DNA of 24,000 nucleotides from Alphaproteobacteria bacterium (lineage in GTDB: Bacteria > Pseudomonadota > Alphaproteobacteria > Rickettsiales > Arcanibacteraceae). The notes below the pieces were generated by a model. That model was not told where the DNA came from. It saw only the letters and a program-made list of their open reading frames with translations, and ran no database searches. Location of the stretch: positions 1 to 24,000 of the forward strand of contig JBKBYG010000020.1 in assembly GCA_046313435.1 (NCBI GenBank). Direction: 5' to 3'. Positions 1 to 8,539 of the stretch are shown here, piece after piece. Position 1 is the stretch's first letter; every line of letters starts with the position of its first letter. The position numbers were made by a program, and so were the translations under genes.

Positions 1-59
1 CGAAGAAGAATGGTTAGCAATTATATAAAATTTATTTTTTCTAAAATTAAAAAAATATC

Positions 60-87
60 TTTACATAAAGAAAACTTTTGCTATAAC
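60..87 (+). promoter_or_regulatory. candidate sigma70-type promoter for tRNA-Asp (and possibly dut)
   Basis: TTTACA (60-65), 16-nt spacer, TATAAC (82-87), about 30 nt upstream of the tRNA 5' end. The AT-rich background makes such matches common. Confidence 0.25.
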
Positions 88-118
88 AAGTACAACTCGT
101 AACGATTTACAGTTATAA

Positions 119-195
119 GGGGGTGTAGCTCAGTTGGTTAGAGCGTCGGCCTGTCACGCCGAAGGCCGCGGGTTCGAGTCCCGTCACTCCCGCCA
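119..195 (+). tRNA. tRNA-Asp (anticodon GTC), CCA encoded
   Basis: Cloverleaf folded by hand. Acceptor 119-125 GGGGGTG pairs with 185-191 CACTCCC (one G-T pair). D-stem is 128-131/141-144. Anticodon stem is 146-150/158-162, with loop CTGTCAC and anticodon GTC at 153-155. The variable loop is 5 nt. T-stem is 168-172/180-184 with loop TTCGAGT. Discriminator is G192, followed by CCA at 193-195. Confidence 0.95.
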
Positions 196-223
196 CACAA
201 TTCTTTGCTTCATCAGGGTTAAT

Positions 224-682
224 ATGTCAGTTAAAGTTTCTTTAAAAAAATTAGATCATGCGAAAGATTTGCCTCTTCCTTTTTACGCTACTCCTGGAAG
301 TGCAGGCATGGATTTAACCGCTGCAATAAAAGAAGATATTATACTTAAGCAAGGCGAGATAAAACTTATTCCAACAGGAATTGCTATTGAGCTACCACAA
401 AATTTTGAAGCTCAAATACGCCCAAGATCAGGCCTTGCAGCAAAAAATGGGGTTACTGTTCTTAATACTCCGGGCACTATTGATTCAGATTACCGAGGCG
501 AAATTTCTATAATACTGATTAATCATGGTAAAGTTGATTTTACTATAACCCATGGTATGAGAATTGCTCAAATGGTAATATCTCCAGTTATGCAAGTTAA
601 AATAGAACTAGTTGAGGAGTTATTTACAGAAACAGAAAGAGGCGAAGGTGGGTTTGGATCTACAGGTGTAAAAACCGCGTAA
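224..682 (+). CDS. dut: dUTP diphosphatase (dUTPase)
   Basis: Begins at ATG 224 ([10 protein letters not shown]...). All classic trimeric dUTPase motifs are present: [39 protein letters not shown] and C-terminal [11 protein letters not shown]. The ORF-track start at 134 is a TTG inside the tRNA and is rejected. Confidence 0.95.
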   Translation: MSVKVSLKKLDHAKDLPLPFYATPGSAGMDLTAAIKEDIILKQGEIKLIPTGIAIELPQNFEAQIRPRSGLAAKNGVTVLNTPGTIDSDYRGEISIILINHGKVDFTITHGMRIAQMVISPVMQVKIELVEELFTETERGEGGFGSTGVKTA

Positions 683-902
683 TAGGAACTAGAGTTCACT
701 TGTCGTTTTTCTAGCATTTAGAACGCTTAATATTATATTACTTTATATAACTGATATTTCTTTAAATTACCCAGTGCTATAGATATAGTTTTTTCAATTG
801 AAGTGCTAAAACCGTTGTTCGTTCTCACCCAGGTTTTTACTACTGGCGCCTCGCATTACATTAGTTCACTTTTGAAATTCTATATAAAAAACTATATAAT
901 TT

Positions 903-2309
903 TTACCACCAACCAATTATTTTCCACCATATTCCACCAACTACTAACCATACAACTAAATTTAAGCTTGCAATTATTGCTCCAATTCTTAACCATTGTG
1001 CTGTAGAAAAATATCCTGAGCTAAAATAGATAGGTGCAGAATTTATGCCATAGTGAGTAAGACCTGCTGAAAGATTTGAAAAAATTGCGAGGGCAAGTGC
1101 TGTAGGAACCGTAGGAAGTCCTAATTCTGTTAATATCAATAAAAATGTAGCATACATAACAGTAACCCTTGCAGTTATGCTTGCAAACAAGTAATGGCTA
1201 TAAAAATAAAATATTCCTAGAATAATAACTGCAATAGGCAAATTTAAATGTTCAGTAAAGTCACGTATATTATTTTCAATCCAACGATCAATGCCATATT
1301 TTGCTAGATATTCTGATAATATAAGTAAAATAGCATACCAAATTAAAGTCTCCCAAGCAGCTTTTTCTCCAACTACATCATTCCAATTTATCACTTGCAG
1401 CATTACTAAAGCTAAAAATCCAATTAATGCAGTAGTTGTAGTATCAATTCCAATCGATTTACTAAATATCCACATGAAAAGCATAGTCACAAATGTAATT
1501 AGCATAATTACTTCATTACGTTTTAAACTTCCTTGCTCACTCAAAGCTTTTTTAGCAGTCTCAATAATTTTCAAATTACTTTCTTTATCAGGTGTAATTA
1601 AAAATGATACAAAATAGGGTAATAGAATCAGATTTGTTATACCTGGTATAATGCTTGCTAATGCCCAATTTGCCCAACTAATATTTATACCAAGGTGGGA
1701 GGCTAAATTTACCATAAGTGGATTTGCTGCCATAGAAGTTAAAAATAAAGCACAACATACTACATTCGTATGAAAGCAAGTCATTATCAAAAATGCGGAG
1801 GTTTTGCTTGCCTTATTAGACGTCTTATCATATTCGTTAGCAAGTGACTGAGCAATTGGGTATATTATTCCTCCACCACGTGCTGAGGTGCTTGGAATCA
1901 TTGGTGCTAAGACGAACTCTGTAAATATTAAGCTATATGCAAGCCCTATAGAATTTTTTCCAAACTTTGTAATTAAATAATATGCTATACGTTGTCCCAA
2001 ATTAGTTTTTATAAGTCCTCTGGCTATAAAAAATGCGAGAACAACTAACCAAGCTATAGGTGAGCTAAACCCCGCAAGCCCTTCTTTGAGTGTTAAAGTA
2101 TGAGTTAAAACTAATACGCAAATTGCTGTAAAACTTACCGCTCCCATTGGCATTGCGGAAGTAATAATCCCGGTAATTGAAAGGAGAAAGGTAATAAACA
2201 AATGCCATGCATCATCTGTAAGACCTGAGGGAGGGTGTAAATTCCATAAAATTAATCCTAAAATAAATATAGTAATTAAGATTGGAAAATTTACTTCTTT
2301 CTTTTGCAT
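903..2309 (-). CDS. DASS-family (divalent anion:Na+ symporter / 2-oxoglutarate-malate translocator-like) membrane transporter
   Basis: A 468-aa polytopic membrane protein. Its PSTSARGGGI motif and overall hydrophobic pattern are typical of DASS/SLC13-like carriers. ATG start confirmed at 2307-2309 (reverse strand). Confidence 0.8.
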   Translation of the reverse strand: MQKKEVNFPILITIFILGLILWNLHPPSGLTDDAWHLFITFLLSITGIITSAMPMGAVSFTAICVLVLTHTLTLKEGLAGFSSPIAWLVVLAFFIARGLIKTNLGQRIAYYLITKFGKNSIGLAYSLIFTEFVLAPMIPSTSARGGGIIYPIAQSLANEYDKTSNKASKTSAFLIMTCFHTNVVCCALFLTSMAANPLMVNLASHLGINISWANWALASIIPGITNLILLPYFVSFLITPDKESNLKIIETAKKALSEQGSLKRNEVIMLITFVTMLFMWIFSKSIGIDTTTTALIGFLALVMLQVINWNDVVGEKAAWETLIWYAILLILSEYLAKYGIDRWIENNIRDFTEHLNLPIAVIILGIFYFYSHYLFASITARVTVMYATFLLILTELGLPTVPTALALAIFSNLSAGLTHYGINSAPIYFSSGYFSTAQWLRIGAIIASLNLVVWLVVGGIWWKIIGWW

Positions 2310-2400
2310 CTTTTTTTCTATCCAACAAGTATTGTAATATATTGATTTTTAATTAATATATTTAATATAAATAATATTAAATGTTAGACAAGAGAAATAT

Positions 2401-2772
2401 ATGGATAAGCTCGATAAAAATAATTTACCCCAAGATGTTTATGAAATTTGCTGGAATAAAGGAACGGAACCTCCTTTTTCGGGAAAATATTATGACCATT
2501 ATGTTAAAGGGAAATATAATTGCGTATGTTGTGGTAATTATCTATTTCCCTCTAATACAAAATATTATTCAGGAAGTGGTTGGCCAAGCTTTTGGGAAGA
2601 AGCATCGAAAAATTCTATAAGTTTACATAAAGATTATTCTCATAGAATGATACGAATAGAGGTTCAGTGTGCAAAATGTCATGCACATTTAGGACATGTA
2701 TTTGAAGATGGCCCATTGCCAACAGGAAAGCGTTTTTGCATTAATTCTTTATCACTAGAATTTTCTGAGTAA
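2401..2772 (+). CDS. msrB: peptide-methionine (R)-S-oxide reductase MsrB
   Basis: 123 aa with two CxxC zinc pairs (CVCCG ... CAKCHAHLGHVF), a GWPSF motif and the catalytic RFCINS cysteine. Confidence 0.93.
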   Translation: MDKLDKNNLPQDVYEICWNKGTEPPFSGKYYDHYVKGKYNCVCCGNYLFPSNTKYYSGSGWPSFWEEASKNSISLHKDYSHRMIRIEVQCAKCHAHLGHVFEDGPLPTGKRFCINSLSLEFSE

Positions 2773-2780
2773 AATGTTAA

Positions 2781-3524
2781 TTATTCTTCATTATATAATT
2801 GTCGAATAGTATTATTTAAAATATCAAAATAATAGCCATTAGGATCGTTTTTCTTCGAAACCATTAGACTGAGAGGGTTAGTACATATATTAAATTCATA
2901 AACATCAAACTTATTTATCCAATTATTTTTTCTGATAATATGATTTGCAGTGATTGAGTCCATTATTATACCATCAAGTAAATGGGCTTGAAGTTTATAA
3001 AAATTAAGTGAACTATCAATTACTGCTTCAAATCTATCTTGATATTGAGGATTATTGATTAGATCATTTGTTACTTGATCAAATTTATAAGAATTGTTAT
3101 ATCCAATTTTTAGTTTAGTATTTTCTAAAAACTCATTTAAATTTTTTGCCTGGATTGTATGTATATCATTTTTTCTAACATATAATTTTATAATTTCTTC
3201 TCTATAAGGAATTGTAAAATTACTATATAATAAGCGCTCATCTGCATAAGTTGCAGTAGTAGCAATATCAACATCACCAGACTTTAGAGATGCTAGAACA
3301 TGATGCCATGGTAAATTTATCCATTCGATTACACAGTTAGTTTTACTAATGATCTTAGAAATTAATTCAGCTTCAATTCCCACAATCTTATTAGCTTCAT
3401 TATAAATTAATGGCGGATTTTGCTCGTAAGCTATTTTAAGTTTGCATTTGTTTTCTTCAGCATAAATATTGAGTGAAAACAGCAATGTAATAAAGAAAAA
3501 AATAGGTTTATAATTCATATTCAT
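2781..3524 (-). CDS. periplasmic solute-binding protein, family 3 (amino-acid ABC type), orphan
   Basis: Signal peptide (MNMNYKPIFFFITLLFSLNIYA) followed by an SBP_bac_3-like pattern (LKIAYEQNPP...GIEAELI...W..VL.SLKSGDVDIA...ERLLYSNFTIPY). It starts 6 nt after the nhaA stop, so co-transcription is likely. No permease or ATPase partner lies nearby. Confidence 0.7.
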   Translation of the reverse strand: MNMNYKPIFFFITLLFSLNIYAEENKCKLKIAYEQNPPLIYNEANKIVGIEAELISKIISKTNCVIEWINLPWHHVLASLKSGDVDIATTATYADERLLYSNFTIPYREEIIKLYVRKNDIHTIQAKNLNEFLENTKLKIGYNNSYKFDQVTNDLINNPQYQDRFEAVIDSSLNFYKLQAHLLDGIIMDSITANHIIRKNNWINKFDVYEFNICTNPLSLMVSKKNDPNGYYFDILNNTIRQLYNEE

Positions 3525-3530
3525 TATAAA

Positions 3531-4682
3531 TTAATCCTTAGAAAATTTTAAAAATATTATTCCTATAAAGGCTGACAAGCATGAAGCTAATATTACAGCA
3601 CTTCTCATAGTGTTAATTGACCATTGATCAGTAAAACTTATATCACCTATAAACAAACTTAGCGTAAAACCAATACCGCTTAAAATACCTATTGAATAAA
3701 ATTTTGACCATGAAGTATTCTCAGGTAAAATAGCATATTCAAGCTTTACAATTATAAAACTTGATAAAAATATTCCTAGTTGTTTGCCTATAAATAATCC
3801 TAATACTATACCTAAACTTAGATTAGTAAATAAATCTTCAAGTACAATATCTTTTAAAGGGATTGCAGAATTAATAAATGCAAAGATTGGCAGGATTAAA
3901 TATTTAACATAAGGAGCTAAAGCATGTTCCAAATCTTTAAGCGGTGAAATAGTGATTTCTTTGGCTTGCACTGGGATAAAAAAGGCAAGTATTATACCAG
4001 CTAATGTCCCGTGTATTCCTGATTTTTCAATAAAAATCCAAACTATTAAACCAGTTATTAAATATAAGCTAAGATTTTTTATTTTTAAATAATTTAAACA
4101 CGCCAGTAAAGCTATGAATATTAAACTTATTAAAAATGCCGAAGGGTCAAATGCTGGAGTATAAAATATCGTTAAAATTATAATTGCAAAAGCATCATCG
4201 ATGAGTGAAAGGCCTAATATAAATATCCTAAGCTCAAGTGAGACTCTTCTGCCAAAAAAAGATAATAAGCCTAATACGAATGCTGTATCTGTTGCTATAG
4301 GAATTGCCCATCCTTTTATAGTATCATCCTTATAATTATAGTAGGTATAAATTATTGCAGGTAAAATTAATCCTCCTATGGCTGCTGCAACAGGTAAAAT
4401 TAATTTTGTTTTATCTTTATACTGCCCAATTACAAGATGATATTTCATCTCTAGCCCTATCAAAAGGAAAAACAATGACATTAGACAATGATTTACTACT
4501 GTAATTAGAGAAGTATCAATTTTTAAGCTTCCAATTTTTAAAGATATAGGTAAGTACGAAAATTTTAGAAAATAATCGTATAACGTGCTATTACTAATTA
4601 ATATTGCTGCAAATAAACTACATATTAAGATTAACCCAGAAAAAGCATCAGATTTGATTATATCACGAATATTAATAGACAT
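3531..4682 (-). CDS. nhaA: Na+/H+ antiporter NhaA
   Basis: Strong colinear resemblance to E. coli NhaA blocks: LMSLFFLLIGLEMK, GWAIPIATDTAF.LG, and the LIDDAFAIIILTIFYT double-Asp motif. Confidence 0.93.
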   Translation of the reverse strand: MSINIRDIIKSDAFSGLILICSLFAAILISNSTLYDYFLKFSYLPISLKIGSLKIDTSLITVVNHCLMSLFFLLIGLEMKYHLVIGQYKDKTKLILPVAAAIGGLILPAIIYTYYNYKDDTIKGWAIPIATDTAFVLGLLSFFGRRVSLELRIFILGLSLIDDAFAIIILTIFYTPAFDPSAFLISLIFIALLACLNYLKIKNLSLYLITGLIVWIFIEKSGIHGTLAGIILAFFIPVQAKEITISPLKDLEHALAPYVKYLILPIFAFINSAIPLKDIVLEDLFTNLSLGIVLGLFIGKQLGIFLSSFIIVKLEYAILPENTSWSKFYSIGILSGIGFTLSLFIGDISFTDQWSINTMRSAVILASCLSAFIGIIFLKFSKD

Positions 4683-4799
4683 TTTTAAGCCTTTAAAGTT
4701 TTAAACTACTCAAATAATTAAGTGTGAAATATAGATACAAAAAATTAAGATATTATAAATATGATATTATTTAAACGAACTATTATGCGAAATATAAGT

Positions 4800-6533
4800 T
4801 CAATTATCAGATATGAAACCACCTATTTGAGTTTGCCAAAGATATCTGTATAATCCATCTTCCTCTACTAACTGATTATGGTTTCCGTCTTGAATAATTT
4901 TTCCTTTATCAAAAACTAAAATTCTATCCATATTTAGTAAAGTCGATAATCTATGTGCAATTACAATGGTTGTCTTACCTTTCATCAAAAGATCTAAACT
5001 CTCTTGAATGGATTTTTCAGTAGTAGAATCAAGCTGGCTTGTAGCTTCATCCAAAATTAATATAGGAGCATTTTTAAGTATTGCACGAGCAATTGCGATA
5101 CGTTGTCTTTGTCCACCAGAAAGCTTTACCCCACGTTCACCTACAAGTGAATTATATCCATCAGGTAAAGTAATAATAAATTCATGCGCATGAGCCTTTT
5201 TTGCAGCTTCTATTACATCAGCATGTGTTGCTTCCAAATTACCATATTTTATATTATCCATTAAACTTCTATGAAAAAGGGAAGGGTCCTGAGGTATGAT
5301 AGCGATATTTTTCCTTAATGAATCTTGAGTGACATTTTGAATATTCTCCCTATCTATCAAAATGCTTCCTGTGGTGACATTATAAAGCCTAAGTATCAAG
5401 TTTATGAAAGTTGATTTACCCCCACCTGATTTACCTACCAGTCCTATTTTTTCTCCAGGCTCAATTATAAGTGATTTATCTTCAAATAGTTCTTCAATAC
5501 CGGAATAACTAAATTTTACTTTATCAAATACAATTTTTCCTTTATTCACTACAAGGTTTAAAGCATTTGGTTTATCTTCTACTTCTATGGGTAGTTCGAG
5601 AATCTTTAATGCTTCGTCAATAGCAGACCAATTAATAATAAAATCACGAAGCTCATGTGATAAAGCATATAAATTATCAACAATTTTAAAATTTAAAAAG
5701 AATACAAAAGCAAAATCTCCAGAAGTAATAATGTTCCTCGAATGAAGATAAATAAGTCCCAGTAAACAAGTTACGATATAGATGGAAAAAATAACACCTT
5801 GAATTAAATAAAATTTGGTTAGGAATTTGCCTTGTTTTAAAGCTGATTCTATAAAATCATTTTGGACCTTTTTTAGTTGCGTGATTTCATAAGTTTGACT
5901 TGAGAAAAATTTTACATTTATAATATTTCCAAAATAATCAGCTAAATTTCCCCATATTTTTGCCCTAGAACTTGCATAATTAGCTGTTAACATTCTTACT
6001 TTTTTTAAAGAAATATAAGTAATAATTAGAAAAATACTAATCCATAGCAACATTGCAATCGAAAATAGATAATTAACCTTAGTAAGCATAAACAGGGAAA
6101 TTATAACAAGTAAAGTAAAGCTTATAAATTGATGAAATATTGTAACTAAGATATTTGGAATATTGCTAAAACCATCGTTAATCTTAGCAATTATGCTACC
6201 TGAGAGATTATTCTGAAAAAAATTATAACTATATTTGCTAATTTTATCAGTCATAATATTCATTACGTGGCAGCGATAACGTGAGCTATAATGCATGGCA
6301 CATGTATCGCTTATTGTCCATCCTATGATCACCATTAGCTGCATTAAAATATAAGAAATAACTAGGTATTTTATATTATAATTTGAATGGTTTGTAGCTG
6401 AATCAATAAGTAATTTAATTAGAAATGGCTTAATATTTGAATCAATTGCAGCAATAAAGATGGCATAAAATATACCAAGCAAATACCATTTGTATGGAGA
6501 TACTGAACTAATAATAAATTTTACTACACGCAT
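4800..6533 (-). CDS. ABC exporter half-transporter (N-terminal 6-TM domain + C-terminal NBD), paralog 1
   Basis: 577 aa. Walker A GKSGGGKST, Q-loop IPQDPSLF, signature LSGGQRQR, Walker B ILILDEATS, H-loop IAHRLST. The N-terminal ~300 aa are hydrophobic. Confidence 0.9.
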   Translation of the reverse strand: MRVVKFIISSVSPYKWYLLGIFYAIFIAAIDSNIKPFLIKLLIDSATNHSNYNIKYLVISYILMQLMVIIGWTISDTCAMHYSSRYRCHVMNIMTDKISKYSYNFFQNNLSGSIIAKINDGFSNIPNILVTIFHQFISFTLLVIISLFMLTKVNYLFSIAMLLWISIFLIITYISLKKVRMLTANYASSRAKIWGNLADYFGNIINVKFFSSQTYEITQLKKVQNDFIESALKQGKFLTKFYLIQGVIFSIYIVTCLLGLIYLHSRNIITSGDFAFVFFLNFKIVDNLYALSHELRDFIINWSAIDEALKILELPIEVEDKPNALNLVVNKGKIVFDKVKFSYSGIEELFEDKSLIIEPGEKIGLVGKSGGGKSTFINLILRLYNVTTGSILIDRENIQNVTQDSLRKNIAIIPQDPSLFHRSLMDNIKYGNLEATHADVIEAAKKAHAHEFIITLPDGYNSLVGERGVKLSGGQRQRIAIARAILKNAPILILDEATSQLDSTTEKSIQESLDLLMKGKTTIVIAHRLSTLLNMDRILVFDKGKIIQDGNHNQLVEEDGLYRYLWQTQIGGFISDN

Positions 6534-6694
6534 ATAATATCACTCAATTTTAGTAATATTTGATAAAGCAATTTAAGTAAGAAATCTAGTTGAAATATTG
6601 GGAATAAAAGTAAGCTTCATAATTATTAATTATTTAATAAAACTTTAACCATTTTTGGTGTATAATTAACAAAAATTTGTAAAAGGGAAATGAC

Positions 6695-8380
6695 ATGACA
6701 AGATACAATATAACTTCAATTAAATCAAAAGATTTAGAAAATGCACTTAGACACGCTTTAAATACTGAAGAACCTAATATTGAAATCATTGATACGATTT
6801 TAAAAGTAGCTTCTGCGAAGTATGATCTTGTACACAATTTAGAATATAGAAATGATATTGAAACTAATTATGATGCAATAAAATCATTTTCAGATAAGTT
6901 TCCTAATACTAATATTTTAAATCTCGATGAAAACTTACACTCAATTATAGCATCCCAAAAACCTAGTGCAGAAAATAAGAATAAAGTCGTTAAACATCTT
7001 CGTAGTAAATTGGTTGAAGCTGGTAAAGATTTAATTAAGTCTCAAACTATAAACAATGAAATAAATAAGCTTATTAAGAATATAAATGCACATCCTTCTG
7101 AAGAAAGGTTAACAGCATTGGATAAATTACTCAATTTTGCTCAGAATTCAGTTTTTTCAATTAAGGATAGCATTTCAGAGAGCAAATATAAAGTTCCTGA
7201 TACTGAACAAGATTCACATGCTAATAAATACAATCAAGCAGTAAAAATTGCTAAAGAAAGTGAAGCAAATAATTCTTACAACCTGTTATTAGATAATAGG
7301 GTTAAGAATACTAAAGATTTACAATATGAATTAGTTTTAAAATATGCTGAAGAAAATAATTTAAAAGATGCATATAAATCAATATTCAAGCATCATATTA
7401 AAGATAGAGACTTAGATTATATTTGTGCAGAATTATCCAGAGATATGTTGTCTATAAGAGATAAAAACTTTAGGCTAGAATTTACATTAGAAATATTAGA
7501 TGAAGTAAGACATAGAGTAGGAATAGATGAAGAGTTAAAGAAAGAGATAAAGACAGCAATAAATTTAAGTTTTGCAAAGGCTGTGGAGAAAGGAGATGTA
7601 TATTCAATGCAGATGCTAAGAGGTCATATTACAGATAAAGAACATTTAATAAAATCTGCGTTTAAAGCGGCTATTGAAAAAGGTGATGCAAATATTTTAA
7701 ATGCATTGTTTACCGATAATAATAATAAAAAATATATTCCTTCATCTAAGAGTTTAACTGAATCTATTGATAATTCAACAAAGCAATTATTGGATAAAGA
7801 ATCGATTGAATCTTTAGTTAAACATGGGGTTGATGCAAACATTCTTAAAGATAATGAAAAGTTAAAAAGGGACGATAAGCAAAAAATTATTAAAATTGCA
7901 AAAGAATTTAAGAATGCTAGTAAAGATGAAATTAATTCGAGCAAGTTAGAAGCCTTGGAATTGATTAAAAAAATTAGGATAGAAAATGAGGATATTAAAG
8001 ACCATAATTACGTAACATATTCCCTATCAGTTTATATAGATACTCTTAAAGAAGAGCATAAATTGAATAAAGAATCAAAATTAACTAAAGAAGCTTTTAA
8101 TAAGATAGTAGATATTACTAAAGATGAACTGATTAAAAATCCTAACCAAGATGATAGAAATATTTTTAAGCGTATAATTGACCAGTTTAAAGATTTATTT
8201 AAATTGGGTCAAAAAAGTGAAATATCTAGTAGTAAAAAACAGGCTTATAAAGGTATAAAAGAAGATGATCTTAAGTCTATAAAATCTAAAGTACGTTCTG
8301 CTTTAAATGATAAAGCTCAAACAGATCTTAATACTAGCAACATTAAAAAGAAAACTATTAAGGATAAAGGCCGCGAATAA
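6695..8380 (+). CDS. hypothetical Lys/Asn/Glu-rich helical protein with degenerate ankyrin-like repeats; no signal peptide or TM segment
   Basis: Long uninterrupted 561-aa ORF. AAGGGA Shine-Dalgarno lies 6 nt before ATG 6695, with TATAAT at 6661-6666. Ankyrin-like segments at aa ~285-385 (nt ~7547-7849): AVEKGDVYSMQMLRGH, AIEKGDANILNALF, LVKHGVDANILKD. Basic C-terminal tail (...NIKKKTIKDKGRE). I recognise no enzymatic motif. Confidence 0.7.
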   Translation: MTRYNITSIKSKDLENALRHALNTEEPNIEIIDTILKVASAKYDLVHNLEYRNDIETNYDAIKSFSDKFPNTNILNLDENLHSIIASQKPSAENKNKVVKHLRSKLVEAGKDLIKSQTINNEINKLIKNINAHPSEERLTALDKLLNFAQNSVFSIKDSISESKYKVPDTEQDSHANKYNQAVKIAKESEANNSYNLLLDNRVKNTKDLQYELVLKYAEENNLKDAYKSIFKHHIKDRDLDYICAELSRDMLSIRDKNFRLEFTLEILDEVRHRVGIDEELKKEIKTAINLSFAKAVEKGDVYSMQMLRGHITDKEHLIKSAFKAAIEKGDANILNALFTDNNNKKYIPSSKSLTESIDNSTKQLLDKESIESLVKHGVDANILKDNEKLKRDDKQKIIKIAKEFKNASKDEINSSKLEALELIKKIRIENEDIKDHNYVTYSLSVYIDTLKEEHKLNKESKLTKEAFNKIVDITKDELIKNPNQDDRNIFKRIIDQFKDLFKLGQKSEISSSKKQAYKGIKEDDLKSIKSKVRSALNDKAQTDLNTSNIKKKTIKDKGRE

Positions 8381-8392
8381 AAATTCTAAGCA

Positions 8393-8411
8393 AGAGAGAA
8401 ATATTCTCTCT
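8393..8411 (+). terminator. small hairpin 13 nt after the orphan gene stop (weak intrinsic-terminator candidate)
   Basis: 8-bp stem AGAGAGAA / TTCTCTCT with a 3-nt loop ATA, followed by T-rich CATACCATTTCTCATTT. The stem is purine/AT-rich and therefore weak. Confidence 0.3.
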
Positions 8412-8412
8412 C

Positions 8413-8537
8413 ATACCATTTCTCATTTATATTACTACGTCGTCGTAGTGCGATCTCAAGCTCGGTCACATATTTTATATATGCTCACTCGCTTTCGACT
8501 TCCACTCCTAGTATTAATTATAAATGAGAAATGGTAT
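8413..8537. repeat. intact palindromic MITE-like element (Rickettsia-palindromic-element-like), ~125 bp
   Basis: Perfect 18-bp terminal inverted repeats: ATACCATTTCTCATTTAT (8413-8430) and ATAAATGAGAAATGGTAT (8520-8537). The interior is GC-richer than the flanks. It fills the convergent gap and ends 2 nt before the ABC paralog-2 stop codon. A second, related copy lies at 10370. Confidence 0.75.
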
Positions 8538-8539
8538 TA

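Noticed and set aside
1-28. Possible 3' end of an upstream gene (frame 2: EEEWLAII, stop at 26-28)
   Set aside because: Only 8 codons are visible. There is nothing to recognise, so it cannot be supported.
134-223. N-terminal 30 codons of the ORF-track dut ORF (TTG start at 134)
   Set aside because: This stretch overlaps the body of tRNA-Asp, and its translation ([17 protein letters not shown]...) is simply the tRNA read as protein. dUTPase homology begins at ATG 224.
803-1006. 67-aa ORF (GTG start) overlapping the 3' end of the DASS transporter gene
   Set aside because: The translation is low-complexity Leu/Ile/Phe-rich and there is no RBS. It overlaps a well-supported gene on the other strand, so it is a typical AT-rich shadow ORF. 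The same reasoning applies to 2381-2620 and 6634-6837.
1291-1617. Antisense ORFs inside well-supported genes: 1291-1617, 5008-5193, 7624-7944, 8830-9024, 10868-11065, 11901-12083, 14814-15059, 15150-15392, 17490-17723, 19468-19650, 20804-21124, 22239-22424
   Set aside because: All lie entirely within longer ORFs that have clear family motifs or better coding character. Their translations are Ile/Leu/Phe/Ser-rich mirror images with no motifs.
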